From Candidatus Dormiibacterota bacterium (GTDB lineage: Bacteria > Chloroflexota > Dormibacteria > Dormibacterales > Dormibacteraceae): DNA of 64,000 nucleotides. Below, piece after piece: positions 54,758 to 63,640 of the stretch; position 1 is the first letter of the stretch; every line of letters begins with the position of its first letter. The DNA is taken from the NCBI GenBank assembly GCA_036513515.1, contig DATBYW010000029.1, forward strand, positions 4,797 to 68,796, in the 5' to 3' direction. Under the pieces are notes generated by a model. The model had not been told where the DNA came from. It made no database searches and saw only the letters and a program-made list of their open reading frames with translations. The translations under genes were made by a program, and so were the position numbers.

Positions 54758-56095
54758 TTATCTCGGGACAACGCGCGAGGACCGGGTTGCGCTCGCCGCC
54801 TCGGGTTGGCTTTTCTGGAGGCCGCCACGGTCCACCCTGTAGAGCAGGTGGGGAGGCCGCTCGACCTCCTCTTCCGCGACCCGCCAGGCTGCCTTCAGGC
54901 GCGCCTCGGCCCTTTCTGCGACCTCTTCTGAAGCCGCGTGGACCCGCACCAGTGGCGAGCCCTTGGTGACGCGGTCACCGACGGCTGCTTCGATGGTCAG
55001 GCCCGCACCGTGGTCGATCTCGTCTTCCTTCCGACGCCGGCCACCGCCGATGTCGATCACCGCCAGCCCGCAGGCCAGCGCGTCGACGCTGCTTACCCAT
55101 CCCTCGCGGTCCGCCCGAACCGTGATGGTGGCGCCATGCGCGACCGGTGGATGCTCGCGGCTCCCGCCCTGAGCCTCCAGCATCTCCCAGAGCTTTCTTT
55201 CGCCGTCACCGCTTTCGATGGCCGCCGCCGGATCCGCTTCCACCCCCGCCAGTGAGCACATCTCGCGCGCCACGGCCACACAAACGTCAGTCAGCTCGCG
55301 CTGGCCCCGCCCGGCCAGAACTTCCAGTGCCTCGAGCACTTCGAGTGCAGTGCCGACGCACCGTCCCAGCGGGTTGTCCATCGCGGTCACCAGGGCTACC
55401 GTGCGCCGCCCGGCGCCTTCGCCGATGCCGACCATCGCTCTGGCCAGCTCGATGGCGGCAGGCGCGTCGCGCATGAAGGCACCGCGCCCGAACTTCACGT
55501 CAAGGACGATGGCGTCGGCGCCGGCGGCGATCTTCTTTGACATCACGCTAGAGGCGATCAGCGGCACCGACGGCACCGTGCCGCTGACATCCCGCAGCGC
55601 GTAGAGCGCCTTGTCCGCCGGCACCATCCTGGCTGACTGCGCCGCGACGGCGAGACCCACGCGCCGGACCTGGTCTACGAACTCTTGGGGGGAGAGCTCC
55701 ACCCTCACGCCGGGGACGGATTCCAGCTTGTCGAGGGTCCCGCCGGTGTGGGCCAGCGCGCGGCCGCTGAGCTTGGGCACCGGGACGCCACACGCCGCTG
55801 CGAGCGGCCCGGCCACCAGAGTGACCTTGTCCCCCACACCGCCGGTCGAATGCTTGTCCACCTTTACGCCCGGAATCCCGCTAAGGTCCAGCGTCTCTCC
55901 GGTCTCAACCATGGCGCGGGTCAGCTCGAGAGTCTCGGCATCGGTCATGCCACGGGTGCAGACGGCCATCAGCCAGGCGGCCATCTGGTAGTCCGGGATC
56001 GATCCCTCCAGGTAGCCACGCAGGAGAAAGCGGATCTGCTCCGGATCGTGCTCGCCTCCATCGCGCTTCTGTCCGATGATCTCGAGCACGTCCAC
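54758..56095 (-). CDS. deoA: Thymidine/pyrimidine-nucleoside phosphorylase
   Basis: Contains IIGQKRDGGE, QMAAWLMAV and DKHSTGGVGDK. Confidence 0.93.
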   Translation of the reverse strand: MDVLEIIGQKRDGGEHDPEQIRFLLRGYLEGSIPDYQMAAWLMAVCTRGMTDAETLELTRAMVETGETLDLSGIPGVKVDKHSTGGVGDKVTLVAGPLAAACGVPVPKLSGRALAHTGGTLDKLESVPGVRVELSPQEFVDQVRRVGLAVAAQSARMVPADKALYALRDVSGTVPSVPLIASSVMSKKIAAGADAIVLDVKFGRGAFMRDAPAAIELARAMVGIGEGAGRRTVALVTAMDNPLGRCVGTALEVLEALEVLAGRGQRELTDVCVAVAREMCSLAGVEADPAAAIESGDGERKLWEMLEAQGGSREHPPVAHGATITVRADREGWVSSVDALACGLAVIDIGGGRRRKEDEIDHGAGLTIEAAVGDRVTKGSPLVRVHAASEEVAERAEARLKAAWRVAEEEVERPPHLLYRVDRGGLQKSQPEAASATRSSRVVPR

Positions 56096-56131
56096 ACCCC
56101 CGATGCTAGTGGACTATGAGAGTCGTCCCTT

Positions 56132-56830
56132 TTAGGCGGCCGGTGTGACCCAGATCTTGGCTGCGGTCTCGTGGCTGAGAGTGACCTCCAGGCGGGCCAC
56201 CCGCAGGCGCAGCGTACGGCCGACGGGATCCACTTCCAGCACCTCGAGGCGGGTGCTGGGGACAAGATGGCGCTCCAACAGATAGCGCAGCAACAGGGGC
56301 GCCTCGCGCTCGGCAACCTCAGAGATCCGGCTCACCACCGCCGCGTCGCCCGGCTGCAGCCCCGATAGCCGCCGCTCTTCCGGATTGGGATCGGCGTAGC
56401 CCGGTATGGGATTACCGTGCGGGCAACTGGTGGGGCGGCCGAGCGTCTCCCAGAGCCGCGCCTCGACCACTTCGGAAACCGCATGCTCCAGGCGAGCGGC
56501 CTCCTCGTCTGCGACGACCCAGTCCAGGCCCAGCACATCGGTCAGCCAGCGCTCCATGATCCGGTGGCGGCGGACGATGGCGGCCGCCGCCTGGCTGCCC
56601 TGGTCGGTCAGCTCGATCTCCTTGCGACTGTTGAGCCGGATCATTCCGTCTCGCGTCATCCGGCGCAGAGCCACCGTGACCGTGGGACGGCTGACACCCA
56701 GCCAGTCAGCGAGCCTGGCGCTGCGCACCGGCTCACCCTCGGCCTCCATGTAGTGGATCGCTTCCAGGTAGCGCGCTATCACCTCGGTCGGCTCTCTGCC
56801 GACGGGATGCAGATCCACCCCGTGGCTCAC
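56132..56830 (-). CDS. DtxR/IdeR/MntR-family metal-dependent transcriptional regulator with a C-terminal SH3-like (FeoA) domain
   Basis: HTH segment ARLADWLGVSRPTVTVALRRM, metal-site region RHRIMERWL...EHAVS and CPHGNPIP. Confidence 0.88.
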   Translation of the reverse strand: MSHGVDLHPVGREPTEVIARYLEAIHYMEAEGEPVRSARLADWLGVSRPTVTVALRRMTRDGMIRLNSRKEIELTDQGSQAAAAIVRRHRIMERWLTDVLGLDWVVADEEAARLEHAVSEVVEARLWETLGRPTSCPHGNPIPGYADPNPEERRLSGLQPGDAAVVSRISEVAEREAPLLLRYLLERHLVPSTRLEVLEVDPVGRTLRLRVARLEVTLSHETAAKIWVTPAA

Positions 56831-56884
56831 TTCACAACCGGGGTGGCCACGCTGTCGGCCCGGCCTTGAACGGCCGGCCTAGCA

Positions 56885-56905
56885 GTCTGAACGGACGGTT
56901 CAGAC
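56885..56905. promoter_or_regulatory. Perfect 8-5-8 inverted repeat GTCTGAAC-GGACG-GTTCAGAC
   Basis: Spans the stop codon of the 115-aa gene and lies 55-75 nt upstream of the dtxR-family gene start. It could be an operator or an RNA hairpin/terminator; the function is unproven. Confidence 0.35.
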
Positions 56906-57247
56906 CGCCAGCCGCTCGAACTCGTCTTCCTCTTCCGGAACTCGCTGAGGATCGCGCCACCGGAACAGTCGATCCTGCACCTCAAAGAGCGAGTCCAGGA
57001 CCTCCTGCACGTGATCGGTGTCTCGAAACACCTCGATGCACGAGATCGGCAACTCGGCCAGAGTTTCCCGTATGCGCTCACGCATATCGTCGGGAATCGC
57101 CTTGTCCCCGTCCCTGTTCATCTCCTCGAGCCGCCAGAGAACCCGATCCGTGGCATGCAACATCCGATAGAAGGCGTACCGGCGGTCGTTATCACGCCGG
57201 ATCTGCTCCTCAAGTTCGCCAATCGCCACATTCGTCTCGTCGATCAT
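56900..57247 (-). CDS. Hypothetical acidic helical protein (115 aa)
   Basis: Uninterrupted ORF with periodic codon usage, but GC3 is lower than in its neighbours. I recognise no family motif. Confidence 0.5.
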   Translation of the reverse strand: MIDETNVAIGELEEQIRRDNDRRYAFYRMLHATDRVLWRLEEMNRDGDKAIPDDMRERIRETLAELPISCIEVFRDTDHVQEVLDSLFEVQDRLFRWRDPQRVPEEEDEFERLAV

Positions 57248-57267
57248 CTACACCTACCTTACCCAGG

Positions 57268-57870
57268 TTGAGCTCCAAACTCAGCAAACCTTCCCCTCGA
57301 GGCCCTCGACCTTTCCTGAGGCGCCTCTCCAGACAGTTACTACCCCTTGATGGCTGGGGTTCGTTCCGTTTCGGCGCCAAATCGGCTGCCGTAACACTCA
57401 TCCTTCATCGTCGCCGGGGCATCTGGCAGGTCCCGTTCGTCGTCCGGCGCGCCGATCTTCCCGATCATCCGGGGCAGGTGGGACTACCAGGCGGCATGGT
57501 ACGCCAAGGAGAGTCCGCGTGGGAAGCGGCATTGCGTGAGGTCGAAGAAGAGATCGGCGTTCCTGCCCGGCTGCTCTCTCCACTGGGAGCCGGTTTGCCC
57601 TTCTACGCCGCGGTAACCAACTTCTCTGTGGTGCCCTTCGTGGCGTGGCTTCCGGGGCGCAACTTCCCCTACCACGCCGACCCCCGCGAGCTGCAGGCGG
57701 TGATCGACGTTGGCCTCGACCGCCTTCTCGACGCAGAAGCCTGGCTGGAAGGAGCCCATCCCGTTCCCGGGCGTCACCTGCCGGTCGAGGACACGATGAT
57801 CTGGGGACTGACCGCACGCCTCCTGGCGGACCTCCTGCCCCGGATCAGCTCCGCTTCGCCAACGCCTTGA
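57268..57870 (+). CDS. NUDIX hydrolase, CoA pyrophosphatase type (second copy)
   Basis: Nudix box GGMVRQGESAWEAALREVEEEIGV, preceded by RRADLPDHPGQVGLPGG. The only canonical in-frame start before the domain is TTG at 57268. The track ORF from 56866 runs antisense through the neighbouring gene. The start is uncertain. Confidence 0.7.
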   Translation: MSSKLSKPSPRGPRPFLRRLSRQLLPLDGWGSFRFGAKSAAVTLILHRRRGIWQVPFVVRRADLPDHPGQVGLPGGMVRQGESAWEAALREVEEEIGVPARLLSPLGAGLPFYAAVTNFSVVPFVAWLPGRNFPYHADPRELQAVIDVGLDRLLDAEAWLEGAHPVPGRHLPVEDTMIWGLTARLLADLLPRISSASPTP

Positions 57871-58984
57871 GGTCCCGGCTCCTGTCCGCCAGGATCTCCC
57901 GGTCGACCTGCACGCCGGTGGCGAGGAGCCGGCGGGCGTGGCTCACCGTGCGGCCGTCATTTACCCCGGCCGCCGCCCGCAGCCGCCCCTGCTCCAGGTA
58001 GAAAGCCGTGAACGGCGGCGTCCCGAATCGCCCCCTGACCACCATCTCGTCCCAGGGCAACCCACCCCCCACGTACTGGATGTTCAGCTCGTACTGGTCC
58101 GACCAGAACCAGGGGACTTCGAGGAAAGGCGCGTCCAGGCCCGCCATCGCTGAACCGACCGCTTCCCCGTGCCGGCCCGCAGTCTGAAAGTGTTCGACGC
58201 GCACGGCCGCCCCCAGGGTCGGGCTCCAGAAGCGGGCGCAGTCGCCTGCCGCATACACGTCCTCAACGCTGGTCCTGCCGTTCGCGTCGACCAGGATGCC
58301 GCCGTCGCACTTAAAGCCGGCCGCCTGGGCCAGTTCCACATTGGGCAGGGAGCCGACGGCGACCAGCGTCGCCGGCCCCGGTGCGGGCGGCTCCACCACG
58401 CCGGTCCGCAGGTCGACGCCGTGACCTCGGTGGACACCGGCCAGCCAGCCCCCGAGCTCCGGACCGAGAACACGGAGCATCGGCGCCGGCAGCGTCTCGT
58501 AGACCGTCACAGCGACCTCCATCTGCCGCGCGACGGCAGCCACCTCACAGCCTATGAAGCCCGCCCCCAGCACCTCCAGCCTGCCGGAGGTCAACACGGC
58601 CCGCAGCCGGTCGGCCTGGCTTATCTCGCGCAGGTAGAGGCCGCCCTCCTCCTCTAGCCGGCGAGGCCGTGCGCCAGTCGCGATGAGCAGACGGCTGTAG
58701 CCCAACCCCCCGCCGCCAGCCAGCCGGACCGCTCGGGCTTCCAGATCGAACTCCGCCACCTCAGTCTCCAATCGCAGCTCCGCCTCGAGCTGAGGCAGCA
58801 TCAGGTCTTCTCGCCGGGCCTTCCCTGCCAGGTAGCGCTTGGAGAGGGGCGGCCTTTCATAAGGGGGATCGGGCTCGCGTCCGAACACGACCACCCGACC
58901 GGCGAAGCCGGCGCGGCGCAGCCCGGTGACGGCGCCGTGCGCGGCCGCACCGGCACCCACGATCACCACTGGTGGAGCGGTCAT
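57845..58984 (-). CDS. FAD/NAD(P)-dependent oxidoreductase (ferredoxin/rubredoxin-reductase-like)
   Basis: Contains VVIVGAGAAAHGA, PYERPPLSK, a second Rossmann motif LGAGFIGCEVA, and YAAGDCA. Confidence 0.85.
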   Translation of the reverse strand: MTAPPVVIVGAGAAAHGAVTGLRRAGFAGRVVVFGREPDPPYERPPLSKRYLAGKARREDLMLPQLEAELRLETEVAEFDLEARAVRLAGGGGLGYSRLLIATGARPRRLEEEGGLYLREISQADRLRAVLTSGRLEVLGAGFIGCEVAAVARQMEVAVTVYETLPAPMLRVLGPELGGWLAGVHRGHGVDLRTGVVEPPAPGPATLVAVGSLPNVELAQAAGFKCDGGILVDANGRTSVEDVYAAGDCARFWSPTLGAAVRVEHFQTAGRHGEAVGSAMAGLDAPFLEVPWFWSDQYELNIQYVGGGLPWDEMVVRGRFGTPPFTAFYLEQGRLRAAAGVNDGRTVSHARRLLATGVQVDREILADRSRDLKALAKRS

Positions 58985-59015
58985 GGCCGCGGTTGCCGGC
59001 CGCCGCCGCCGGCCG

Positions 59016-59108
59016 TTATCTGTGCCGGCGAAGCTGAACGAGAGAGACGGCGAGAAAGCCGCCGAGCAGGAGCACGGCGGCCGCGTAGCCGAGGATCAGG
59101 TACGTCAT
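59016..59108 (-). CDS. ccmD: Heme exporter protein CcmD (30 aa), not in the ORF track
   Basis: MTYLILGYAAAVLLLGGFLAVSLVQLRRHR: one TM helix plus a basic tail, as in CcmD. Its ATG overlaps the ccmC stop (ATGA). Confidence 0.7.
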   Translation of the reverse strand: MTYLILGYAAAVLLLGGFLAVSLVQLRRHR

Positions 59109-59977
59109 CCCCAATCCAGCGAGCCGGTTCGCTCACCAGGGCCGCCCGGCGATTGCGCCAGCTCCAGCGAGGCAGCGGCGGCCCTGGCGGCCCTCTCGTC
59201 CCGCTCCCATTCGATGCGATACCTGATCGCGACCAGCACGGCGGCGAAGAAGAGCACGGCGACCAGCGTTACGAAGACGGTGTAGAGCATCGCCCGCGGC
59301 AGGGCCGGACCCCCCGCAGCGCCGAGCACCGTTCCGGGGTGCAGGGTTCGCCACCAGCGCACGCTGAAGTAGACGACCGGCACGTCGATGAAGCCGATGA
59401 TGCCCACGACCGAGGCCAGCCTCATCGCCTGGCGGCCGGGCGGCGCGAACTTCCGCACCATCAGGTAGCCCGCGTAGACCATTCCCAGGACCACTGTCGA
59501 GGTGAAGCGGGCGTCCCAGGTCTGGCTGGGGTCCCAGTTCCAGATCGGCTTGGCCCAGATGATGCCCAGCACGATCGTGTTGACCGTGAAGACCAGCCCC
59601 ACCAGGGCCGCCGCACGGCCCAGGCGATCAGCCCTCAGACCGCCCCGCCAGAGGTGCAGGAGGCTGGCACCGGCCACGATGCCGAAGCAGATGAACGCAG
59701 CCACGGCCGAGGAGACGTGGATGTAGAAGATTCGCTGGACCTGGCCCTGCAGGTCGTCCTCGGGGGCGTAGACAAAGATCATGGCGCCCGCGATCAGCAG
59801 GCCGGCCACCGCCAGCGCGGCCAGCGGCACCAGGCCTCGTCCTCTTAACGGCCAACGTTGACCGCCATCCGACCCCGCCGTACTCTCCGCCGCAACCCCC
59901 CTGGGTGGGGGGCTTGGGGTTGGAGGGGTTGAGACCGGAGGGGTTGAGGTCGGGGGACGGTCACTCATCGAGGACAA
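59105..59977 (-). CDS. ccmC: Heme exporter/heme-handling protein CcmC
   Basis: Trp-rich motif WAKPIWNWDPSQTWDARF. Pro/Thr-rich N-terminal extension of about 55 aa. Confidence 0.88.
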   Translation of the reverse strand: MSSMSDRPPTSTPPVSTPPTPSPPPRGVAAESTAGSDGGQRWPLRGRGLVPLAALAVAGLLIAGAMIFVYAPEDDLQGQVQRIFYIHVSSAVAAFICFGIVAGASLLHLWRGGLRADRLGRAAALVGLVFTVNTIVLGIIWAKPIWNWDPSQTWDARFTSTVVLGMVYAGYLMVRKFAPPGRQAMRLASVVGIIGFIDVPVVYFSVRWWRTLHPGTVLGAAGGPALPRAMLYTVFVTLVAVLFFAAVLVAIRYRIEWERDERAARAAAASLELAQSPGGPGERTGSLDWG

Positions 59978-60623
59978 AGCGGGCAGCCAGGGAAGCCACG
60001 ACCACGAAGAGTACGTCGAAGTCGAGGAGTACGGCCAGCGGCTGCAGGTTCAGGGGCGCGCCAGTCATGGATGCCTGCACCGCCCGGCCGCCGACCACCA
60101 CGAAGGGGATCCAGAGCGGCATCGCCAGCACGGGGAGCAGAAGCTCCCGAGCCCTGGTCTGCGCGGCCAGAGCCGCGAAGAGGCAGCCCAGCGCGGCCAT
60201 CCCCACGGTCGCCAGCAGCACCGTCGCGAAGACCAGGGGCGACAGCGGCGAGCCCAGGAAGACGGCCATGGCGGGGAGCAGCACCAGCTCGCAGACCGCC
60301 AGCAGCGCCGCCGCGGCCAGGGCCTTGCCGGCGAAGACCGCCGTCGGCCCGGCCGGCGTCAGGAGCATTGCCTCCAGCGACGCCTGTTCTCGCTCGGCAG
60401 CGAATGTCCTGCCGAAGGCGACGAGCCCGGCGAAGACCAGCACCAACCAGAGGATCCCCGGACTGAGCCGGGGACCGGTGGTCAGGTCGAGATCGAAAGC
60501 GAAGTTGGCGATCACGACGGCGAGGATGATGAACTGCGCCAGCGCCGGCAGCAGCTCGCGGCCGCGCCACTCGGAGCGCAGGTCCTTACCGGCGACCGCC
60601 AGGGCCACGGAGATGAACCTCAA
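59961..60623 (-). CDS. ccmB: Heme exporter permease CcmB
   Basis: 220 aa with six hydrophobic segments, lying between ccmA and ccmC. Confidence 0.8.
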   Translation of the reverse strand: MRFISVALAVAGKDLRSEWRGRELLPALAQFIILAVVIANFAFDLDLTTGPRLSPGILWLVLVFAGLVAFGRTFAAEREQASLEAMLLTPAGPTAVFAGKALAAAALLAVCELVLLPAMAVFLGSPLSPLVFATVLLATVGMAALGCLFAALAAQTRARELLLPVLAMPLWIPFVVVGGRAVQASMTGAPLNLQPLAVLLDFDVLFVVVASLAARFVLDE

Positions 60624-60630
60624 GGCCTGC

Positions 60631-61281
60631 TCAGGCCTCCATCAAGCGCAGCGCCCAGGGGTCTCCGGCGTCGCGGCCGCCGTGGAGGAGCAGGCCGCGC
60701 CCGCACAATTCGCGGGCCAGGGCGCGATCGTGGGTGGCCATGACCAGGGTCCGGCCTCGCACCAGCTGGCCCAGCAGCCCGCGCCCTTCGGCATCAAGGC
60801 TGGCATCGGGCTCGTCCAGAACCAGCAGCTCAGGGTCGTGGAGGACCGCACGCGCCAGGGCCAGGCGCTGCTGCTGGCCCCGAGACAGGCGGTCGACCCT
60901 CTGGCCGGCCAGCCGTCCCAGCCCCACCACCTCGAGCTGCTCCCCCACTCCCTCCTTCCCCATCCCGTGCAGCGTGGCGAAGAGCTCCAGCGTCTCGCGA
61001 ACGGTCAGCGCCGGGTGCAGCCCCGGCTGGTGGCCGACGTATCCGAGCCGGGCCCGAAGGCGATCGCGCTGGCGGGCTGCATCCAGCCCGAAGAGCTCCA
61101 CTCTGCCCGCGGCAGGCCGGGCCGCTGTGGCGAGCAGGCGCAGCAGGCTCGTCTTGCCGGCACCGTTGCCACCCAGCACCGCGATCCTCTCCCCCGAGTT
61201 CAACTCCAGGTCGAGGGGACCCAGGGCGATGCGTTCCCCGAACCGCTGCATCAGTCCGTGGGCGCGGACAGCGGGAGTCAC
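60631..61281 (-). CDS. ccmA: Heme ABC exporter ATP-binding protein CcmA
   Basis: Walker A GGNGAGKTS, signature LSRGQQQR, Walker B LLVLDEP. Confidence 0.88.
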   Translation of the reverse strand: MTPAVRAHGLMQRFGERIALGPLDLELNSGERIAVLGGNGAGKTSLLRLLATAARPAAGRVELFGLDAARQRDRLRARLGYVGHQPGLHPALTVRETLELFATLHGMGKEGVGEQLEVVGLGRLAGQRVDRLSRGQQQRLALARAVLHDPELLVLDEPDASLDAEGRGLLGQLVRGRTLVMATHDRALARELCGRGLLLHGGRDAGDPWALRLMEA

Positions 61282-63296
61282 TGCGCCACCGCAGGGACCC
61301 TCGCAGTCAGGCGCGCGGGGTCCGTCGCCGGCTGAGATCGTCCCAGGTGGCCTATCAGCACGCCGACGACCAGGAGCGCTGCGCCGGCCCAGATCCAGGT
61401 GACGAGCGGGTTGACGAAGACGTGCAGGGCCACTCCGTCCTGCGAAGTTCCGGCGACGACGACGTAGACGTCCTCCCGCGCAGTGCTCCGGATTGCCACG
61501 CGGCTCAGCGCCTGGCCGCCCAGAGCTGGGTAGTTGAGGCGGGCGGGCGCCAGCGTCTCCTCGCCGCCCAGTCTCAGGACGGCGACGGTCTCCGAGTGAT
61601 CTCCGATCTCCTGGCTGTCGACACTTTGAAGGGCCAGGAGGTGCCCGGCCACGTTCACCGACTGCCCCGGCCGCAAGGTGACGTCCCGCTCCTGCTGCCA
61701 GAAGTGCGAACCGACGATGCCGGCCGCCACCAGAAGAATGCCCAGGTGGGCGAGAAAGGCCCCGTAGCGGCGCCGGCGGCGCGTCGCCAGCCTTGCCGCC
61801 GCCAGCGGCCAGGGGCCGGCCAGGCGGCCGGCGCGAAGTCCGCCACGCACGTATTCGGAAAGGGCGGTGGCCAGCCCGGCGGCGATCAACGGCAGCGCCA
61901 CCAGCGCGCCCGCCCCGGCTCCCAGGAGCAGCAGGACCGCCAGCGTCAGGGCGGCCGCGGCAAAGGCGGGGCGCAGGTTGCGCAGCCAGCTCTTGCCTCT
62001 ATGGCGCCAGGGCAGCAGGGGCCCCAGCGCGAGCAGCGCCAGGATGGCCACCAGGAGCGGCGCGGCCACCCGCTCGTAGTAGGAGGGTCCCACCACCAGC
62101 TGCCGCCCGAGCATCCCGGTCAGGAGAGGCAGCACAGTGCCCCAGAGGATGGCGGCCGTCAGGGCGGCAAGAAGCACGTTCTGGAGCAGGAACGCGCCCT
62201 CCCTGGAGACCGACGGCTGCAGTGGCTGGCGGACGGCCAGCTCCTGTGAACGCCAGGCCAACACCGCCCCGGAGAGCAGGACCGCAGCCGCGAGGAAGCC
62301 CAGGAACCAGGGTCCGAGCGGGCTGACGGCGAATGTGTGCACCGAGGGCAGGATGCCGCTGCGGACGATGAACGTGCCGAAGACGCTGAGCAGAAACGCC
62401 GCGATCACCAGGGCGAGGTTCCAGGCGCGCAGCTGGCCTCTGCGCTCCTGGACCTGAGCCGAGTGGAGGTAGGCCGTGGTCACCAGCCATGGCATGAGGG
62501 CCACGTTCTCGACCGGGTCCCAGCCCCAGTAGCCGCCCCAGCCCAGCACGTGGTACGCCCACCACATGCCCAGAGTCAGGCCCACGCCCTGCAGTCCCCA
62601 GGAGAGCAGAGCGAAGCTCCGCGTGCGCTCGATCCAGGCGCCGTCGGTGCGCCCCGCCAGCAGCGCCGCCATCGCAAAGGCGAAGGGGATGGCAAATGAG
62701 CTGAACCCGGCGAGGAGGAAGGGCGGGTGGATGAGCATCCCGCCGTCGCGCAGGACCGGATTCAGGCCCAGGCCGTCGGCCGGACTGACGCGCAACACGT
62801 CGAAGGGACTGGCCACGAAAACCAGCACGACCAGGAAGAAGCAGGCGACGGCGGCCAGACAGCCGTTGGCGTAGGCCGCCAGGCGGACGTCCGCCCCCGC
62901 CGCAGCAGCCGCGGCGGCGACCGCAGCCGACCCGAGCAACGTGAGGAGCAGCGTCCAGTAGAGCAGCGAGCCCTCCTGCCCCGCATAGAAGGCCGCCGCC
63001 ACCAGCGGCGCCGGCATCGATCGATCGGTGTGCTCGGTCACGAAGGCAATTGAGAAGTCGTGCGTGAGGAGGGCGGCCAGCAGGGCGGCTGAGGCCGCCA
63101 GCAGGGCGCCTGCGGCTCCGTAGAAAAGCCGTCGAGCCAATCGGGCCGCGCGCGGCCGCTCCCGCAAGCCGGCGAAGAAGGCGGTCACCCCGCTCGCCAC
63201 CACCAGCAGCAGTGCCAGCATCAGGCAGCCGGCACCGAGCGAAGCCAGGACCATCAGACCGAAGCTGGCGATCCCGACGAGAATCGCGACGGGCAC
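61278..63296 (-). CDS. ccmF: Cytochrome c-type biogenesis protein / heme lyase CcmF
   Basis: WWD motif WGGYWGWDPVENVALMPWL, polytopic. The GTG at 63296 overlaps the ccmE 3' end by 43 nt, and GC3 in the overlap favours this frame. An alternative ATG lies at 63254. Confidence 0.9.
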   Translation of the reverse strand: MPVAILVGIASFGLMVLASLGAGCLMLALLLVVASGVTAFFAGLRERPRAARLARRLFYGAAGALLAASAALLAALLTHDFSIAFVTEHTDRSMPAPLVAAAFYAGQEGSLLYWTLLLTLLGSAAVAAAAAAAGADVRLAAYANGCLAAVACFFLVVLVFVASPFDVLRVSPADGLGLNPVLRDGGMLIHPPFLLAGFSSFAIPFAFAMAALLAGRTDGAWIERTRSFALLSWGLQGVGLTLGMWWAYHVLGWGGYWGWDPVENVALMPWLVTTAYLHSAQVQERRGQLRAWNLALVIAAFLLSVFGTFIVRSGILPSVHTFAVSPLGPWFLGFLAAAVLLSGAVLAWRSQELAVRQPLQPSVSREGAFLLQNVLLAALTAAILWGTVLPLLTGMLGRQLVVGPSYYERVAAPLLVAILALLALGPLLPWRHRGKSWLRNLRPAFAAAALTLAVLLLLGAGAGALVALPLIAAGLATALSEYVRGGLRAGRLAGPWPLAAARLATRRRRRYGAFLAHLGILLVAAGIVGSHFWQQERDVTLRPGQSVNVAGHLLALQSVDSQEIGDHSETVAVLRLGGEETLAPARLNYPALGGQALSRVAIRSTAREDVYVVVAGTSQDGVALHVFVNPLVTWIWAGAALLVVGVLIGHLGRSQPATDPARLTARVPAVAQ

Positions 63297-63640
63297 TTCG
63301 CCTGCAGGGTCCGGGCGTGGAATACCCCGTCGGCGCCGAGACGTCCGTCGACCACTACCTGGACTCCCGGCCGGAAGATGTCCGGAAGGGAACCTCGGTA
63401 ATCGACAGGCATCGTCTGTCCGCCCTCGCTGGCGGTGAAGTGCACGTGGAGGCCGCCCTCATTGCGCACGACGTCGTCCTGGACGACGCCCAGTACGCGG
63501 ACGTTGCTGTCGCTGGGATGCGCTCGCATCTCGCTGATCGTCACGTAGTACTCGGCGGAACTCCCGGTTGCCGAGTACACCAGGTAGCCGAGGCAGGCGG
63601 CGATGACTACGCCCAGGCCAAGCCAGCGCAGGCGCCTCAC
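63254..63640 (-). CDS. ccmE: Heme chaperone CcmE, Cys variant
   Basis: GTG at 63640 overlaps the upstream stop (GTGA). Has an N-terminal TM anchor and OB fold. GSLPDIFRPGVQVVVDGRL...TLQAKCPSRF aligns with E. coli GILPDLFREGQGVVVQGEL...VLAKHDENY. Confidence 0.85.
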   Translation of the reverse strand: MRRLRWLGLGVVIAACLGYLVYSATGSSAEYYVTISEMRAHPSDSNVRVLGVVQDDVVRNEGGLHVHFTASEGGQTMPVDYRGSLPDIFRPGVQVVVDGRLGADGVFHARTLQAKCPSRFSSGSPASV

